64,000 nucleotides of DNA from Octopus sinensis (GCF_006345805.1 NC_043010.1:50096001-50160000); one strand, 5' to 3'. Numbered from the stretch's first letter, positions 1-14,586 are shown. Program-made: numbers and translations. Notes: generated by a model from the sequence alone, not told the origin.

Positions 1-619
1 ACAGGCATACCCGTAATGTAATTGTCAGGAAGATTCAGGGTGACACACAGAATGCAACAGGGTGAGCCCTTTGAATTACAGCTACAACTCATTTTTGCCA
101 GTCAAGTGGACTGGAGCAACATGATATAAAGTGTCTTGCTCAAGGACACAACATGCCACTGGAAATTGAATTCATGGCCTTACGATCGTGAGCTAAATAC
201 TGTAACCACTAAACCACATTCCTTCACTATATATATATATGTTAAGGGCATTACTATACATAAATGCCTCACGCTAGGAGGGACTCTTAAAGTCAAAACT
301 ACCATAATAAACATGTGTTTATTATGGTAGTTTTGACTTTGAGTTCCTCCTAGCATGAGACATTTATGCATAGTAATGCCCTTAATATAAGTAAATATAT
401 TTAAAGGAAATAATTAATAAATTTTTCCCTTATGAGGTTTTTCACGCTAACTACTTGATAATTTCTTATAAAGATTTTATCCTATTTTTAAATTGTGTGT
501 GTTTGTGTGTGTATATATATATCATCATCATCATCATCATCAATATATATATATATAATATATATATATATATGTACATACATACATACATATATATATA
601 TATATATGTACATACATAC

Positions 620-650
<31 letters not shown>

Positions 651-652
651 TA

Positions 653-1031
653 CAAGGGGGTACCCAAAAGTAACCAGAAATGTTCTCTGTGGAACAAACC
701 CATTGTAGTTCAGGCTTCCGCTGCTAGAAGCCACTTGATGTGACCCTCAGCCATCAATCTGCTGACTAGCATCATCCTGTGAGGTCATATTTGCCATGTG
801 GTGCATCTTTGTTTTGCAGTGCTTCTCCCCTGTTTGTTGATTTGTGCGATGTTTGAAACAAAGGAACAGCGGTGTGCTTCTGTGAAATCCTGTTTCCTGC
901 TGGGGAAAACAGCAGCTGAAACAGTTGTCGTGCTTCAAACAGCTGATAAGGCTGCTGCCATGAGCGAAACTCATGTTTACAAGTGGTTTTCACACTTTAG
1001 GAATGGTCACTTGTCACTTGAGGAACGGTGA
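653..1031 (+). mobile_element. Mariner (Tc1/mariner) 5' fragment with TIR and transposase N-terminus; duplicated at 1851-2229
   Basis: TA|CAAGGGGGTACCCAAAAGTAACC terminus. MFETKEQRCASVKSCFLLGKTAAETVVVLQTADKAAAMSETHVYKWFSHFRNG matches the mariner N-terminal HTH pattern. Confidence 0.85.
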
Positions 1032-1582
1032 ATAATGCTTAACCAGGTGTAACCTTTTTGTTTGTTAGGGGTTAAGTAAATTCAAGGAAAAGAATGGGTG
1101 GTAAAAATTACTTTTGATCTTGATCTATTTTTTGTCATAGAGATGTCTAACATACTAAGTCACAGATTCTCTTCACTCCTTTGTTAACCAAAGAAAATAG
1201 TAACTGATATAAACATAGCTCACCCACACATAACAAGTTGAAGATCAGTTCAGTTGATGGGGTAGAGATGGTGGGGTTGGGGATAAAATGTCCTTTACAT
1301 AAACACATATTAAACTTTGTCTTCATTTCAACTGACACCTATGCCATTAAACTGAACAATAAATAACTATGTCTAACCCTAGAAGTAAAATAAACAACAA
1401 AAAAAAACCTATTTTGAAGGGCAATGACATCATCTGAATGACACCTAAAAATATTACATATACACATATATAAATATACATTAACGCATATTAAAAATAC
1501 ACACGCACAAATGCATACAGACCAAATATTTCTGCTTTGTCAGCCTGTTAATGTTTCAGATCTTCACATTTCTCCTGTTCAG

Positions 1583-1609
1583 GTTCAAGACAACAATCCA
1601 AATCAGATG
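1583..1609 (+). CDS. Candidate 27-nt symmetric microexon ((G)SRQQSKSD in phase 1), possibly DCTN1; identical second copy at 2780-2806
   Basis: Acceptor tcttcacatttctcctgttcag and donor G|gtaaat. No stop in phase 1, and phase-compatible with the exon at 14364. No homology evidence. Confidence 0.35.
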
Positions 1610-1773
1610 GTAAATCAATGCTTTATTTGTATTCTGTTTTGTAACCTTTCATTTTCTTTTATTTCTTAAAAAAAATTTTTTTTTGTTTCATCTGTGTCCA
1701 TTTCTTTTTCCACCCCTCCTCATACTATATATATATATATTTATGTATATATATATATATATTATATATGTAC

Positions 1774-1805
<32 letters not shown>

Positions 1806-1817
1806 GTACATACATAC

Positions 1818-1848
<31 letters not shown>

Positions 1849-4800
1849 TACAAGGGGGTACCCAAAAGTAACCAGAAATGTTCTCTGTGGAACAAACCCA
1901 TTGTAGTTCAGGCTTCCGCTGCTAGAAGCCACTTGATGTGACCCTCAGCCATCAATCTGCTGACTAGCATCATCCTGTGAGGTCATATTTGCCATGTGGT
2001 GCATCTTTGTTTTGCAGTGCTTCTCCCCTGTTTGTTGATTTGTGCGATGTTTGAAACAAAGGAACAGCGGTGTGCTTCTGTGAAATCCTGTTTCCTGCTG
2101 GGGAAAACAGCAGCTGAAACAGTTGTCGTGCTTCAAACAGCTGATAAGGCTGCTGCCATGAGCGAAACTCATGTTTACAAGTGGTTTTCACACTTTAGGA
2201 ATGGTCACTTGTCACTTGAGGAACGGTGAATAATGCTTAACCAGGTGTAACCTTTTTGTTTGTTAGGGGTTAAGTAAATTCAAGGAAAAGAATGGGTGGT
2301 AAAAATTACTTTTGATCTTGATCTATTTTTTGTCACAGAGATGTCTAACATACTAAGTCACAGATTCTCTTCACTCCTTTGTTAACCAAAGAAAATAGTA
2401 ACTGATATAAACATAGCTCACCCACACATAACAAGTTGAAGATCAGTTCAGTTGATGGGTAGAGATGGTGGGGTTGGGGATAAAATGTCCTTTACATAAA
2501 CACATATTAAACTTTGTCTTCATTTCAACTGACACCTATGCCATTAAACTGAACAATAAATAACTATGTCTAACCCTAGAAGTAAAATAAACAACAAAAA
2601 AAAACCTATTTTGAAGGGCAATGACATCATCTGAATGACACCTAAAAATATTACATATACACATATATAAATATACATTAACGCATATTAAAAATACACA
2701 CGCACAAATGCATACAGACCAAATATTTCTGCTTTGTCAGCCTGTTAATGTTTCAGATCTTCACATTTCTCCTGTTCAGGTTCAAGACAACAATCCAAAT
2801 CAGATGGTAAATCAATGCTTTATTTGTATTCTGTTTTGTAACCTTTCATTTTCTTTTATTTCTTAAAAAAAATTTTTTTTTGTTTCATCTGTGTCCATTT
2901 CTTTTTCCACCCCTCCTCATACTATATATATATATATATTTATGTATATATATATATATATATATAAATGTGTGTGTGTGTTTATTTGTATATGTGTGTA
3001 TATACATATATTGATGCATATATACACTCATGTACATATGTAAACACAACTACCATATCTGCTCACCTTAGCCTTGTAACTTTTATTAACATGTTCCTTA
3101 GATTGACATCTGTTGTTAACTCTTTCTCCTCTAGGGTTAGATGTAATTGGTGGGCTGGAGTTTGAGGTAGAGGTTTTACACTTGAAGAAGTGGGGTGGGA
3201 AGAAAAAGCCAAGTTTGGGGGTCTTCACTAATGACTTGATGCTCTCTCTCTTGTATCCCCCCCCTTCTCGTGTCTCTTTGTTCCTCCCCTTCTAATATCT
3301 TTCACTATTACTCATGGTTTACTAGGCATTCCATTTTAACATTATACCATAATATTCACCTTTTCCTATCCTTTTGTTTTAATCTCATTAATTCATTGAT
3401 TGGATTTAACAACTTGGGATAAAGTACCTCAGTGTTGTCACACATAAGAATAGAAACCACAAACCTCTTTTGTAGATTAATGACTGTATGTATCTGTATG
3501 ATCACACATTATATAGGCTAGGGTTTTGCACTCAAAGTTGCATGACCTTGGTTTCAATTCCTGGACTAGGAGCTGCGCCATGTTCTTGAGCAAAACACTT
3601 CATTTCACATTGCTCCAGTCCACTCAACTGTGACAGACTGGCATCCTGTTTAGGGGCTGTGTCATGATTTTCTTTGTTTATACATCATAGGCCTGCCCAC
3701 CTAGCTACTGTAATTTTGAAAGCTACTGCAAGAAAGCAGTTTGTGGTGGTCTTATTCACACCAGGTACCAACACTGATGTGTGTGTGTATGTGTTCTCAA
3801 AAGGATGATGCCATATCATCTGAAGCACTATCAACTAAAATGAACATATTCGGTTATTTTTATACAACACAATTGCACATGTTGGGTACAAATCTTTTTC
3901 TCCAGTTTGAAAATTGGTCACTTGCAGCCTAATTCTTTAAAAGGTTTCATATCTCTGAACAGCATTACCAGTTATGCTTAGACAGTATAGTTTTTGTTTG
4001 TTTTTTTTTTTTGGTTATTATCATCTTTTGGATAGTGTAAATATGATAATTTCTTTAGGGAGTTGTAGAATGATTAAACAGTAATTCCACAATGCAAATG
4101 TTTTTTTTTGTTTTGCTTCTGTAGTAAAAACTTGAACATTGCAACTTGTGCACTTCAGGTTTTCCTTAATTCTTAGGATTATTTTTCTATAAGAATCATC
4201 ACCATCTTCCATACTGGCATGGATTGGGCAGTTTGACATTACCAGGCAAGTTCAAGGACTGTGCCAAGTTCAGTCTGTTTTGGCATGGTTTCTATGGCTG
4301 GATGCTCTTCCTAATGCCAACCACTTCACAAAGTGTACTGGATGCTTATATTATTCTTGTCAGGACTTGTGATACATCAGATTTTCTTATGAATCACTGA
4401 AACTTTTTGAATGCATCATAGAATAATTAGGAATCATTATATTGTGGTTTTGGTGAAGAGTTTTTAGAATTTTGAACCTGTTATATGGTTTCAGTCCTGT
4501 TATTATCACTGATGCCTTTGGGCAAGATAAACACCCCAGTCTCCCATTTGCTGTATCTTGTAAATATGTTGTCCATATTAAATATTATCATTTTTGTGAA
4601 ATTATTAAAAACAGTGAATATTATAATTTAAAAAAAAAAAAGCACCCACAAACTCTGAGTGGTTGGCATTAGGAAGGGCATCCAGCTGTAGAAACTTTGC
4701 CAGATCAGATTGGAGCCTGGTGCAGCCTTCTGGCTTGCCAGCCCTCGGTCAAACTGTCCAACCCATGCCAGCATGGAAAGTGGGCGTTAAATGACGATGA

Positions 4801-5577
4801 GGATGATAAGCTCACTTAATGGTAAAGAGTAAGCAGCTGATCCTGGATTATCTTGGATAATCACCTGTTTCTTATGCAAAGAAATATTTTTCTCTCGTCT
4901 TATTTCCACAACTCTTTGAACTAATCCTTAGTGTTTCAGACAATTTTATGTTAAGTTCTGCTATTAATTTTATTTAGAAATGTTTGTCTCTCCTTGAAGG
5001 AAAAGAGCAATTTTGCTTTTAGTCATATGAAAAGGCAATCGTCATAATTGTACACTTACATTAGGGCAACAAATTCTGTTGCATTTAGTGTCATACCGAT
5101 TCTTCACATTCTTCTATGAATGTTGAACAAATTTCATTACTCTCAGTTCATTGCAAGCTTGGGCTAGTCTTTCTCACATGGCAGGGTGTCAGACTATTTT
5201 CTACTTTCCAAATGATACCAATATGAAAAGTATGTGTTTTTCTTTCACCTTTCATTCACTGAAAACGTCATGCGACGATCTTGTGGCCACTTCTGTACTA
5301 AGTTAATATGTAATCTTTCCGAGCATCGACAGTGTCATATGCTATATGGAGCATGTATTTAGTTTTTGACACCTGGGGGGAAACAAATGTACATTACTGT
5401 ACTTTCTTCAGCCTGACTAGCTTAGAAAAGTATAATTCATTTTCCATATTTAAGGGTTTGGCCTTTAAAGAGGTATGCTCTATGCTATTGCAAGTTCCTA
5501 CTTTGTACAGTGTATGCTAGTATGCCCATGAGTGCATGTACGTGTATGTATAAGTGTGTGTCTATATACACCCAATG

Positions 5578-6355
5578 CAATATTTATGCATAATATGTAT
5601 ATACATAATATATATTTATGCATAATATGTATATACATATATATTTATATATATGTATATACATATATATTTATGCATAATATATATTTATGCATAATAT
5701 GTATATACATATGTTTATGCATAATATGTATATACATAATACATATGTTTATGCATAATATGTATATACATAATATATATATTTATGTATAATATGTATA
5801 TACATAATATATATTTATGCATAATATACATAATATATATTTATGTATAATATGTATATACATAATATATATTTATGTATAATATGTATATACATAATAT
5901 ATATTTATGTATAATATGTATATACATAATATATATTTATGCATAATATACATAATATATATTTATGTATAATATGTATATACATAATATATATTTATGT
6001 ATAATATGTATATACATAATATATATTTATGCATAATATACATAATATATATTTATGTATAATATGTATATACATAATATATATTTATGTATAATATGTA
6101 TATACATAATATATATTTATGCATAATATGCATAATATATATTTATGCATAATATGTATATACATAATATGTATGTTTATGTATAATATGTATATACATA
6201 ATATATATTTATGTATAATATGTATATACATAATATATATTTATGTATAATATGTATATACATAATATATATTTATGTATAATATGTATATACATAATAT
6301 ATATGTTTATGTATAATATGTATATACATAATATATATATATTTATGCATAATAT
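5578..6355. repeat. AT-rich minisatellite, 32-bp unit (tatttatgtataatatgtatatacataatata) with 26-bp variants
   Basis: 32-bp periodicity read directly, e.g. 5841 and 5873. Confidence 0.9.
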
Positions 6356-6802
6356 TATATAAATGCACGTGGGTATATGAGTGTGTATGTTCTAAAAACT
6401 ATTTGAGAAGTCCTTTTAGATTTTTCTCCCGGGAAATTGGAAATGATGAAACACTGCATGTATTCCGGTCCACACAGCATGTTTGTGCTGTAGTTTACAC
6501 CATCATCATGCTATATAGAACGTGTATTTAAACAGTTTATATTTAAAGTCTTTAATATATCTTTGCTTTTTTTTTCCATTCTTTTTTTTTTCTCCTTAGC
6601 ATGACAGTCATCTTTTGGGACTTTTTGTCTATCGCTGAATAATAGAATACATTAATTCTTGCTTACAGCATCTAACATCTTGGGTTTTGAGAAAGTGATA
6701 TAACTGTGTTGAGGTAAAATAAGTACCAGTCCTCCCCCTCAAAATTGCTGGCCTTGTGCCAAAATTTGAAAGGATAATTATTATCATTAGTCGTAGTAGT
6801 TA

Positions 6803-7300
6803 AGGCAGTGAGCTGGCAGAACTATTAACTATTAACATACTGGGCAAAATGGTTAGTGGCATTTCGTCTGTCTTCGTGTTCTGAGTTCAAGTTCTGCTGA
6901 GGTCAGCTTTGTTTTTCATCATTTTGGGGTTGATCAAATAAGTACCAATTGCACACTGGAGTCAATGTAATCGATTTGCTCCCTCCCCCAAACTTGCTGG
7001 CCATGTGCTAAAATCTGAAACCATTATTATTATTAGTAGTAGTGGTAGTAGTAGTTGTTGTAAGGTCCATTAGCTGGCAGAATTATTAGCACCTTGGGTA
7101 AAAAAAGATGCTTTGTAGTATTTGTTTTGACCTGCTACACTCTTGGCTCAAATCCTTTTGAGGTCAACAATGCCTTTTATCTCTTCAGACTTGATAAAAT
7201 AAAAAATAAAAAAAAACAGTCAAGCACTGGGGCTGAGGTATCCACTAACCTCCATCCCCTTCAAAACTGCTGGCTGCTGGCCTTGAGCCTCAATCAGAAA
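6803..7300 (+). mobile_element. Two tandem degenerate copies of tRNA-derived SINE family C (ggcggcgagctggcagaatcgttagc... type)
   Basis: Similar to the intact copy at 38336-38566, including the B-box-like gagttcaa(a/g)tt. Confidence 0.7.
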
Positions 7301-8329
7301 CAATTATTATAAGTAGTTGTAGTCGAAAGCTATGCTGTCACTGATAAGTGTGATCTTAGAGTTTCTTCAGAACTAGATATCATCTAATTCAAACTGAATA
7401 ATGCAGCATTGCAGTGCTGTTTTAATTCTTCATTAAATGGCCTGTGTAACATGTCTGTGCTCAAGTTTTATGGAATACTTTGGAGTAAATGCCACAGAGA
7501 TTGCATCCATGCAGCCCATTCTTCAGTTTCATCTGACCTTGTTCCAACTTGAGGGAGAACCAGATGCTAATTATTTACATATTACCTCTCATTAATGTGC
7601 TTTTAGTGGAGTAGGGGTGAAACTGGTGGTTCATACTGCATTAACCAGAAATATCAACAAATTCATGTCAATCTTTTAATGCTGCATATATAGCAATTGT
7701 TTAAAATATACTATAACTTGTATAGATAAGATATATCACGTGATCACGTGACCAACCAGGCTATCAGATGTTGCTACACATCACTGGTCACAATGCGCGT
7801 CGCATTGTTTTAGCCATTAAGTGATGCCACCCCGTTGGCTAAGCAAGCAGGCCAATATAAGTTTATATATAATGTTAGTGTATAGAGATAAAATTATCTA
7901 GGCGGGTACCTTTGTAGCTTTCAGGTATACTCCATGTAGTGATAACTGTCGGTGATCGCTTTGTGTTAGCAATCACATTAACAGCAATTGTGCAGCAGAA
8001 ACACGTGTCAGTCATTGTAATCAAATAGTTATGATGCATGACCAACTGTAAAAGTAAAAGGAAAATTTGATGATGCATCAGTCTTTGTATTCTTTATAAT
8101 TGTTTGAAATATATATATATATATATATATATAAGGAGAGTTTACGAAAAAAACAAAAGGCAAAGACAGGTGGTGTACAAAACAAACAGATGTATTAGTA
8201 TAATGCTCAGGAATAGAAAAAGTCTTTTACGTTTTGAGCCTACGCTCTTCTACAGAAAGGAACACAGAAAAAAACAAGGAGAGAAACAAAGTACTGATTA
8301 AGTTCTGGATTCAACTGAATCAACTCTAC

Positions 8330-8542
8330 AGTATTCTTTTATTCTTTCAGTCATTTGACTGTGGCCATGCTAGAGCACTGCCTTTAGTCGAGCAAATTGA
8401 CCTCTGGACTTATTCTTTGTAAGCCTAGTACTTATTCTATTGGTTCCTTCTTCTGAACCGCTAATGTTACAGGGATGTAAACACACCAGCATCGGTTGTC
8501 AAGTGATGTTGTGGGGACAAACACTGACACACACACACACGC

Positions 8543-8573
<31 letters not shown>

Positions 8574-8730
8574 AAACAGGCTTCTTTAAGTTTCTGCCTA
8601 CCAAATCCACTCCCAAGGCTTTGGGTAGCCTGAGGCTATAGAAGACACTTGCCCAAGGTGCCACACAATGGGACTGAACCCAGAACCATGTGGTTGGGAA
8701 GCAAGCTACTTACCACACAGCCACTCTTGT
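8330..8730 (-). mobile_element. tRNA-derived SINE family A (head ggcgcaggagtggctgtgtggtaag, internal (TA)n(TG)n)
   Basis: Aligns by eye along its full length with the copies at 37530, 39655, 58468 and 59452. Confidence 0.85.
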
Positions 8731-11702
8731 GCTCATCCTCAAATTTTTGACCTTATGCTTCATAATCAGTCGAGATGTTACAAATAGCTGCTACTGTTTT
8801 AAAAGATGGGAAAATTAGCCTGATACTTTATGCATGAAGAAAATAAGATGAACTGGTCAAGTCTAGAACACTGATTATGGATCATCTCTGAGAGAGGTGA
8901 TCACAAGTTAAAGAACAACTCAGTAGTAAATAAGATTCAAAATAAACAAGTTTTACCATAGTTTAAAATTATTATCGTATGTGACTGCATTTCTATCTTG
9001 TCCTCTAAATGTAATTTTCTTTTTACATCCTCTCTGTCTACCTTTCTTTGTCTGTCTGTATGTCTGTCTATTTATCAGCTGCTAGATCTTTACCTGTTTT
9101 GCATGGAAATGTATTGCAAACCTTTGGCATGTATTTTTTTTGTTTTGTTTATTATTGTTTTGTTTGGCTGGAGTGATTACTCTGATGCTGTAATGCTAGG
9201 GTTTCAACAAAAAACAAGCTCTGTTACTAGTGTACAATTTTAAAAATATGTAGAGCAAGATGGGGATAATACAAACTCCAGAGCAGTATTGCCACATGTG
9301 GCTTGTACATATGTAACTTTTACACAAAATCTGTATGGAATTCATATTGCTTGAGAGAAATATATTGGGGCGAAAAAAATTAAATATCTGTTAAGAAGCA
9401 ACTCCTACCAATTTTCATATATCAATCAGGTACCTTTTATTTTTTACATTATTTATGTAAAGATAGTTTAATTTAACATAACTAATTGATTCTTTGTTGT
9501 TTCTAATTAGGTGTACACGAATTAGTGTTGGCCTCATCTTTCGATGTTAAAATTTTGAGCACAGAGTTCACGATATAATCAGTTCTCTATGATATGTGTA
9601 TAAGAAGTTGAACACACCAGGCAGTCAATTCTAGTTGCTGACTTTAATATTGTCAGTTTTGCATCTCATTAGTTACATCTAGATTGTGTTGAAGAAATAC
9701 TCTAAAAATATCTGATACTTAATAGGAAAAAAAAAAAAAAGAACAAACAAAAACAAAATGGGACACAATCTTGAGTGTTGTTTGCTATGTTAAATTTTCA
9801 AGGATTATTGCTTATAATCAGTTTGCATTTTTGTGTTGTTGGCAAACTGCCATGTTGTAATATTTTTCGGTGTTTTATGATATGACAAGGATTGTTGGTT
9901 GCAAAGAATTTCAAATCTTAGTCAATGTATTTTTTCTTTTTTCTTTTTTTGGTTATGTGTTACTCTCATTTTTTTTTTACTCCATAAAAACCAAAATTTT
10001 ATTTCAGCCAAACAGAAGTGAAACTAGAACTTAATAATAATGCTAAATAAACCCAGCTAATTTTTCTTTCTTAATTTTCTTAGATTAGGAAATGTTCTTT
10101 TTTGTTTCCATGTCATTTTGTAGAATGACCTTTTTCTAGTTGTATATCTTTTTAAGGGAAGATTAAAAAACTTTGATTGTATGCTTTCCTTTGGCCCTGT
10201 AATGTGAAGCAATTATAGTTACACTAACTGGTTTCATTTTGAAGATAGAAAAGCTTTGTTGATAGACTAATCTAAAGCATTAGGCTTCGATCTTTTTGTG
10301 AACTGCCTACAGTCATGGTTTTATTAGAAACCAACATAGTTTTAGCTGAAATGATTTGTTGCTGCCTTGATTTTGCTGAACCTTGCTTGGAAGTGAACTA
10401 CTAAAACAAAATTGGACAAATATCAACTCTTTATCTATTTTTCCCTTTTATTAAATTACATATATAAATTTTATAAATTACATAATAAAATTCGATTTAA
10501 AAAATTTTAAATGTGTTTTTTATAAAAGCAAAATGTAGTCATGCTGGATTTAGTCAAACAAATGAACCTCAGTATTTATATTTTTAAGGCTGGTACTTAT
10601 TCCATAGGCTTGTTTTTGTGAAAACCACTAAGTTACAGGCTGTAAACAAACCAACACCAAATTGTCAGGCATTGGTGGGAATATGCACAAACACAAAACC
10701 ACACACACACACATATATATGTGATTGGCTTTTACTTAATTTCCACCTGCCAAATTATCTCATTGGTCAGCCAGGGACTACAGTAGAAGACATTTTCCCC
10801 AAGGTGTCACACAGTGGGATTGAACCTGAAACCGTGTGGTTATAAAGCAAGCTTCTTAGCCACACAACCATGCTTACTCGAATTACTACAATAATTTTTT
10901 TTTTTCTTGTTTCTTTTTTGCTGTTGTAAGGTATAATTATTTAATTATTATTTAAAATTTTCCTTCATTTCTCTTATTGTGGTAATATTCTTTTATCCTG
11001 TGTTGCATCTCTAGATGTTGTCCAGTTCTGTTTTATGAGTTCTTCCATGTGAGGCATGCCAGCTAGAAAATTCTGAATGTATAATGAAATCAGAGACACT
11101 ATTTATTTCAGCAAATCTTTTATCAATATTTTCTTTAGATTTAGCATTTAAGGAATTGGATGTTCCTAAAAATTCCTTTTAAATATAAGTATCAAAATAA
11201 GACTAAAAAGCAAAGCTATTTGAATGTTGGTAGTATTTTTGCAGAAATACTGACAACATTTAAATATGCTGTCTTTTCATTTTGATATATATGAATGTTG
11301 AAAAAATATATTTCATTCTAAAAGTATGACAACATTCATACAAAAATTGTGTTAATATCCATCTGAATTATCTTGTAAAAAGGATTTCCATCAAGAGGTA
11401 CTTTCAAAATGGTTTCCATTATTTCAGGCGTCACTCACTCAAGCTTAATTCTGCCAGTAGTCGCTAGCTTGTAAAAGACTATTATATTTATAACAACAGC
11501 TATAATGATAGAAATAATAATAATACACTAGACTTGCTGTAGAAGTGAAGCTGGAATGGGATGTATATATATATAATGTATGTATAAAAAAGTAGGCTCA
11601 ATGTTAAGGTTGCAATGTTCAACTGCTGCATGCTTTATAATGGAAAGCATTTTGAAAATCTGAAAATCTTGGAAATGAAATGCAGATCTTTGACTTGTGA
11701 TG

Positions 11703-11734
<32 letters not shown>

Positions 11735-14363
11735 ATTCCTCTATAAGACACTAATTTATTAATTTTTGATAGTTTGAATTTCATGTCCCCACATGGGGGA
11801 ATTCCAGTTTTATTTTCTATAGAAATATTTTATTTCAATTTACAAATTTGTATTGAAAAGTTTCTAATTATTAAATCACTTAACTTTTTAAAATCATATT
11901 TTTAAGAATAAAAAAAAAAAGAATTATGAAATATATAGTAATTAAACTTTATCGCATTTTTTACTCCCCACCATAAAAAGCATATTTAATGATTAAATTT
12001 TTTGGTAATTTTACTTTCCATAAATAAATTTTATCTTTAAATGTATTACATCCCTTGTCATAAGTAAAGTGATGTTGTGGTGATTCTGCCACACGAAGGT
12101 GGCTGATAAGGTAGCATCAGAAAAATATCCATCCCTCTTCTACCCCCACTATTTTTAAGTAGGCTGGGAGGGTTGGGTGTGTGAGAGGGAGGGGGAGTCC
12201 TCAGGCACCTCCTTCCTTGAGTCCTAATAGAAACAATTGTCATTATGTTTTCCATTCCCAATCACTGTTTTTCCCTCTTGGACCTTTGGGTTCTTGGGAT
12301 ATGCACACTTTGTGCTCCCACCCCATGCATCCCAGAACAAGTTTGCAGGCTGATTGCTGGTTATGCTGGCATTTCGATGAAGACTGCAATATATTTTTTT
12401 ACACACAGACCCTGCTACCTAAGATCTGAAAGTGTCCCTTGATAACCTGCACTATGGGTGGTGTGGTATGTTTATTCTTTTGAAATCTTTTTCATAATGC
12501 AGTTTGTGGTGGTCTTGTTCACACCAGGCACCAAGCTGGTATTTGTATTGGCCCTTTGAATATTAGAAAAAAACGTTTTGTTGTATTTAAGTATGTTCTG
12601 GGATCAAATGCCATCCTGGTCAACTTTGCCATTCAACCTTCTAAGGTCAATAAAATAACTACCTGTAGCCTATTGTTGGAGCTGATATATTCAGCTATAC
12701 ATTTTGAAGTTGGTACCCTAGCATCACTATAGTTCAATAACTATAACTGAAACCCATAAAAGAAAAGTCTGTCTGTCTGAACTGGTACAAATTTTGATGC
12801 CCAAACAGTAAAAGATAAAATCAATGTAGCTGACATTTCCTTTCGGAGATTATTATATTGCTAACTTGGAGGGCTGCTCATGCCTTCTTCCTGACTGAAC
12901 TGATAAAAAAGAACTTAGATTTTGTACTGTGAGAGAGATAGACATTATAATGTTCAAAATGCTGTCTCTTTTGCAAGCGTAGCTTGATGTCTTAGTAACT
13001 GTAATTGCTATCCAGCTAACTTCATTGAGTAGAAGTCAGCTCTGAACTTGCTACATAGTACTCTTCCTCTTTGTAAGGCATTTTACTTTACATTAATAAT
13101 TCTCTAGAAAAAAGAATGAGCCCCTCATATTCATTGTTCTTTCTCTTGAATGTAAAATTGGGGGTTTATGTCTGTACAAAAAAATTACTTATTTATCTTG
13201 CCCCTATCTATTCAGAATTTCATGATGCAGTTCTGTTAAGATAGGATATAATTAACTTGTACAAATTAAGTTTCACTGAGAAATGCCGGTTTGATGGTGC
13301 AACCTTTGTAGGTGCAGGCAAGGCTGTACTCTTTAGAAGTCTGCTTTGCAATTCTGTGGTACTGGGTTCGATTCCAGTTTGCAGCAACTTGGCCAAGTGT
13401 CTTCAACTGTTGCCTTGGTTTGACCCAAACTGTGTTTTTTAGATGGAAACTGTACAGAAGTTCAATCAGACACTAGCTGTTCTTGTGTGGTAGATGTAAT
13501 TCATTGCCAGGTTTAAGAACACTACCCAGCTTTTGGGTACCTTTAGTGGAGACCATTTTGTTGCCAGCATTTAATCTTAGTTCCCATTCAGTAGTCTGAT
13601 GTGAGTCTTCTCTCTGTTGTAGGGGTTCTTAATATGGGTGGTACAGTTTCCAAGGAGGTGCTGGGCATGTTGAAGTAGGTGTTAGACTTTAAGGGCAGTG
13701 AGGTAGCATAATTAACATACTAAATTTTACATATGTTAATAATTATGTTATATACATGATTAAACTAGTAATGTTTATTAAAATAAAATCATATCTCATT
13801 AGGCACAAGGAAGTCATTAACTTGCAATTTATAAAGTAATTATACAACTTTTCTCTTTATCAATTTTTTACAATTCTCTATTAAGATTATACAATCCATT
13901 TTTAGAATAAAATTTATAAATTATTGCCCATGTTAAGTTTGTTTAATCGTGATACCTCACTCACCATTTAAGTTGGCACTAGTCTTAACAACTACTTAAA
14001 AAGGGACATTACCAAAAAAAAAAAAAATTGAAGAAGGTTTATGAACCACTACTCAACAGTAACCCCTCCCATGGGCACTGCAGTTCTTCCTCTGATCATG
14101 TCCCTTTTCCCCAAATCCACACCTCTTCTAGTTCTTGATCAATGATGCCATCTGTTATATTCTTTTACATAATGTAACTATAGTTTTGAAATATGTGAAT
14201 TAATGTAATTAGTCAAAAATTTGTAAGTGGAATAGACAGAAATAAAATATGAACCATAAATACATTTAGTCAAACGTGAAGGAATCTCCCCACCCCCACC
14301 CCATATTAGACTGTTTTCTTTTAAATGTCTGCTGATTTGATGAACTCTGTATATCCTGACCAG

Positions 14364-14463
14364 ATAACGAAGGTGTTAAACCTAAGCAAATGGAAGAACT
14401 CGCCTATGAAGCTACTGATAAGGTGTATGGCAAAGAAGATAGCGGACCTTATGAGTGTCTCCG
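14364..14463 (+). CDS. DCTN1: Dynactin subunit 1 (p150Glued) internal exon, phase 1->2: (D)NEGVKPKQMEELAYEATDKVYGKEDSGPYECLR
   Basis: cag|ATAAC...CTCCG|gtaatg. The translation resembles the DCTN1 segment ENEGL..LEELAFKASEQIYG...PYECLR and splices in frame to the next exon. Confidence 0.92.
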
Positions 14464-14586
14464 GTAATGTTTTGGAGTTGATTATTGCTTCTGATTCATC
14501 TCTCTCTCTCTCTTTCCCTCTCATTGTGTTCCTATTGTTATAGGGCCTTGCAGAATGCTGTGTGGCTTTTAGTTACATTTGCCCTT

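Larger units (their letters stand above)
570..2965. repeat. Tandem direct duplication, about 1198-bp unit x2
   Basis: The ORF track repeats at +1198. Only two differences seen outside the microsatellites (catag/cacag, and gatggggt/gatgggt). Junctions lie in (TA)n/(CATA)n. Confidence 0.95.

Noticed and set aside
3135-3166. Possible 32-nt DCTN1 exon (G)LDVIGGLEFE
   Set aside because: The acceptor is good, but the donor (gtagag) is weak. It would switch to phase 0, and no phase 0->1 exon with DCTN1 similarity was found before 14364.
5578-6355. Regularly spaced repeats as a possible CRISPR-like array
   Set aside because: No unique spacers, eukaryotic context and no cas genes. It is a minisatellite.
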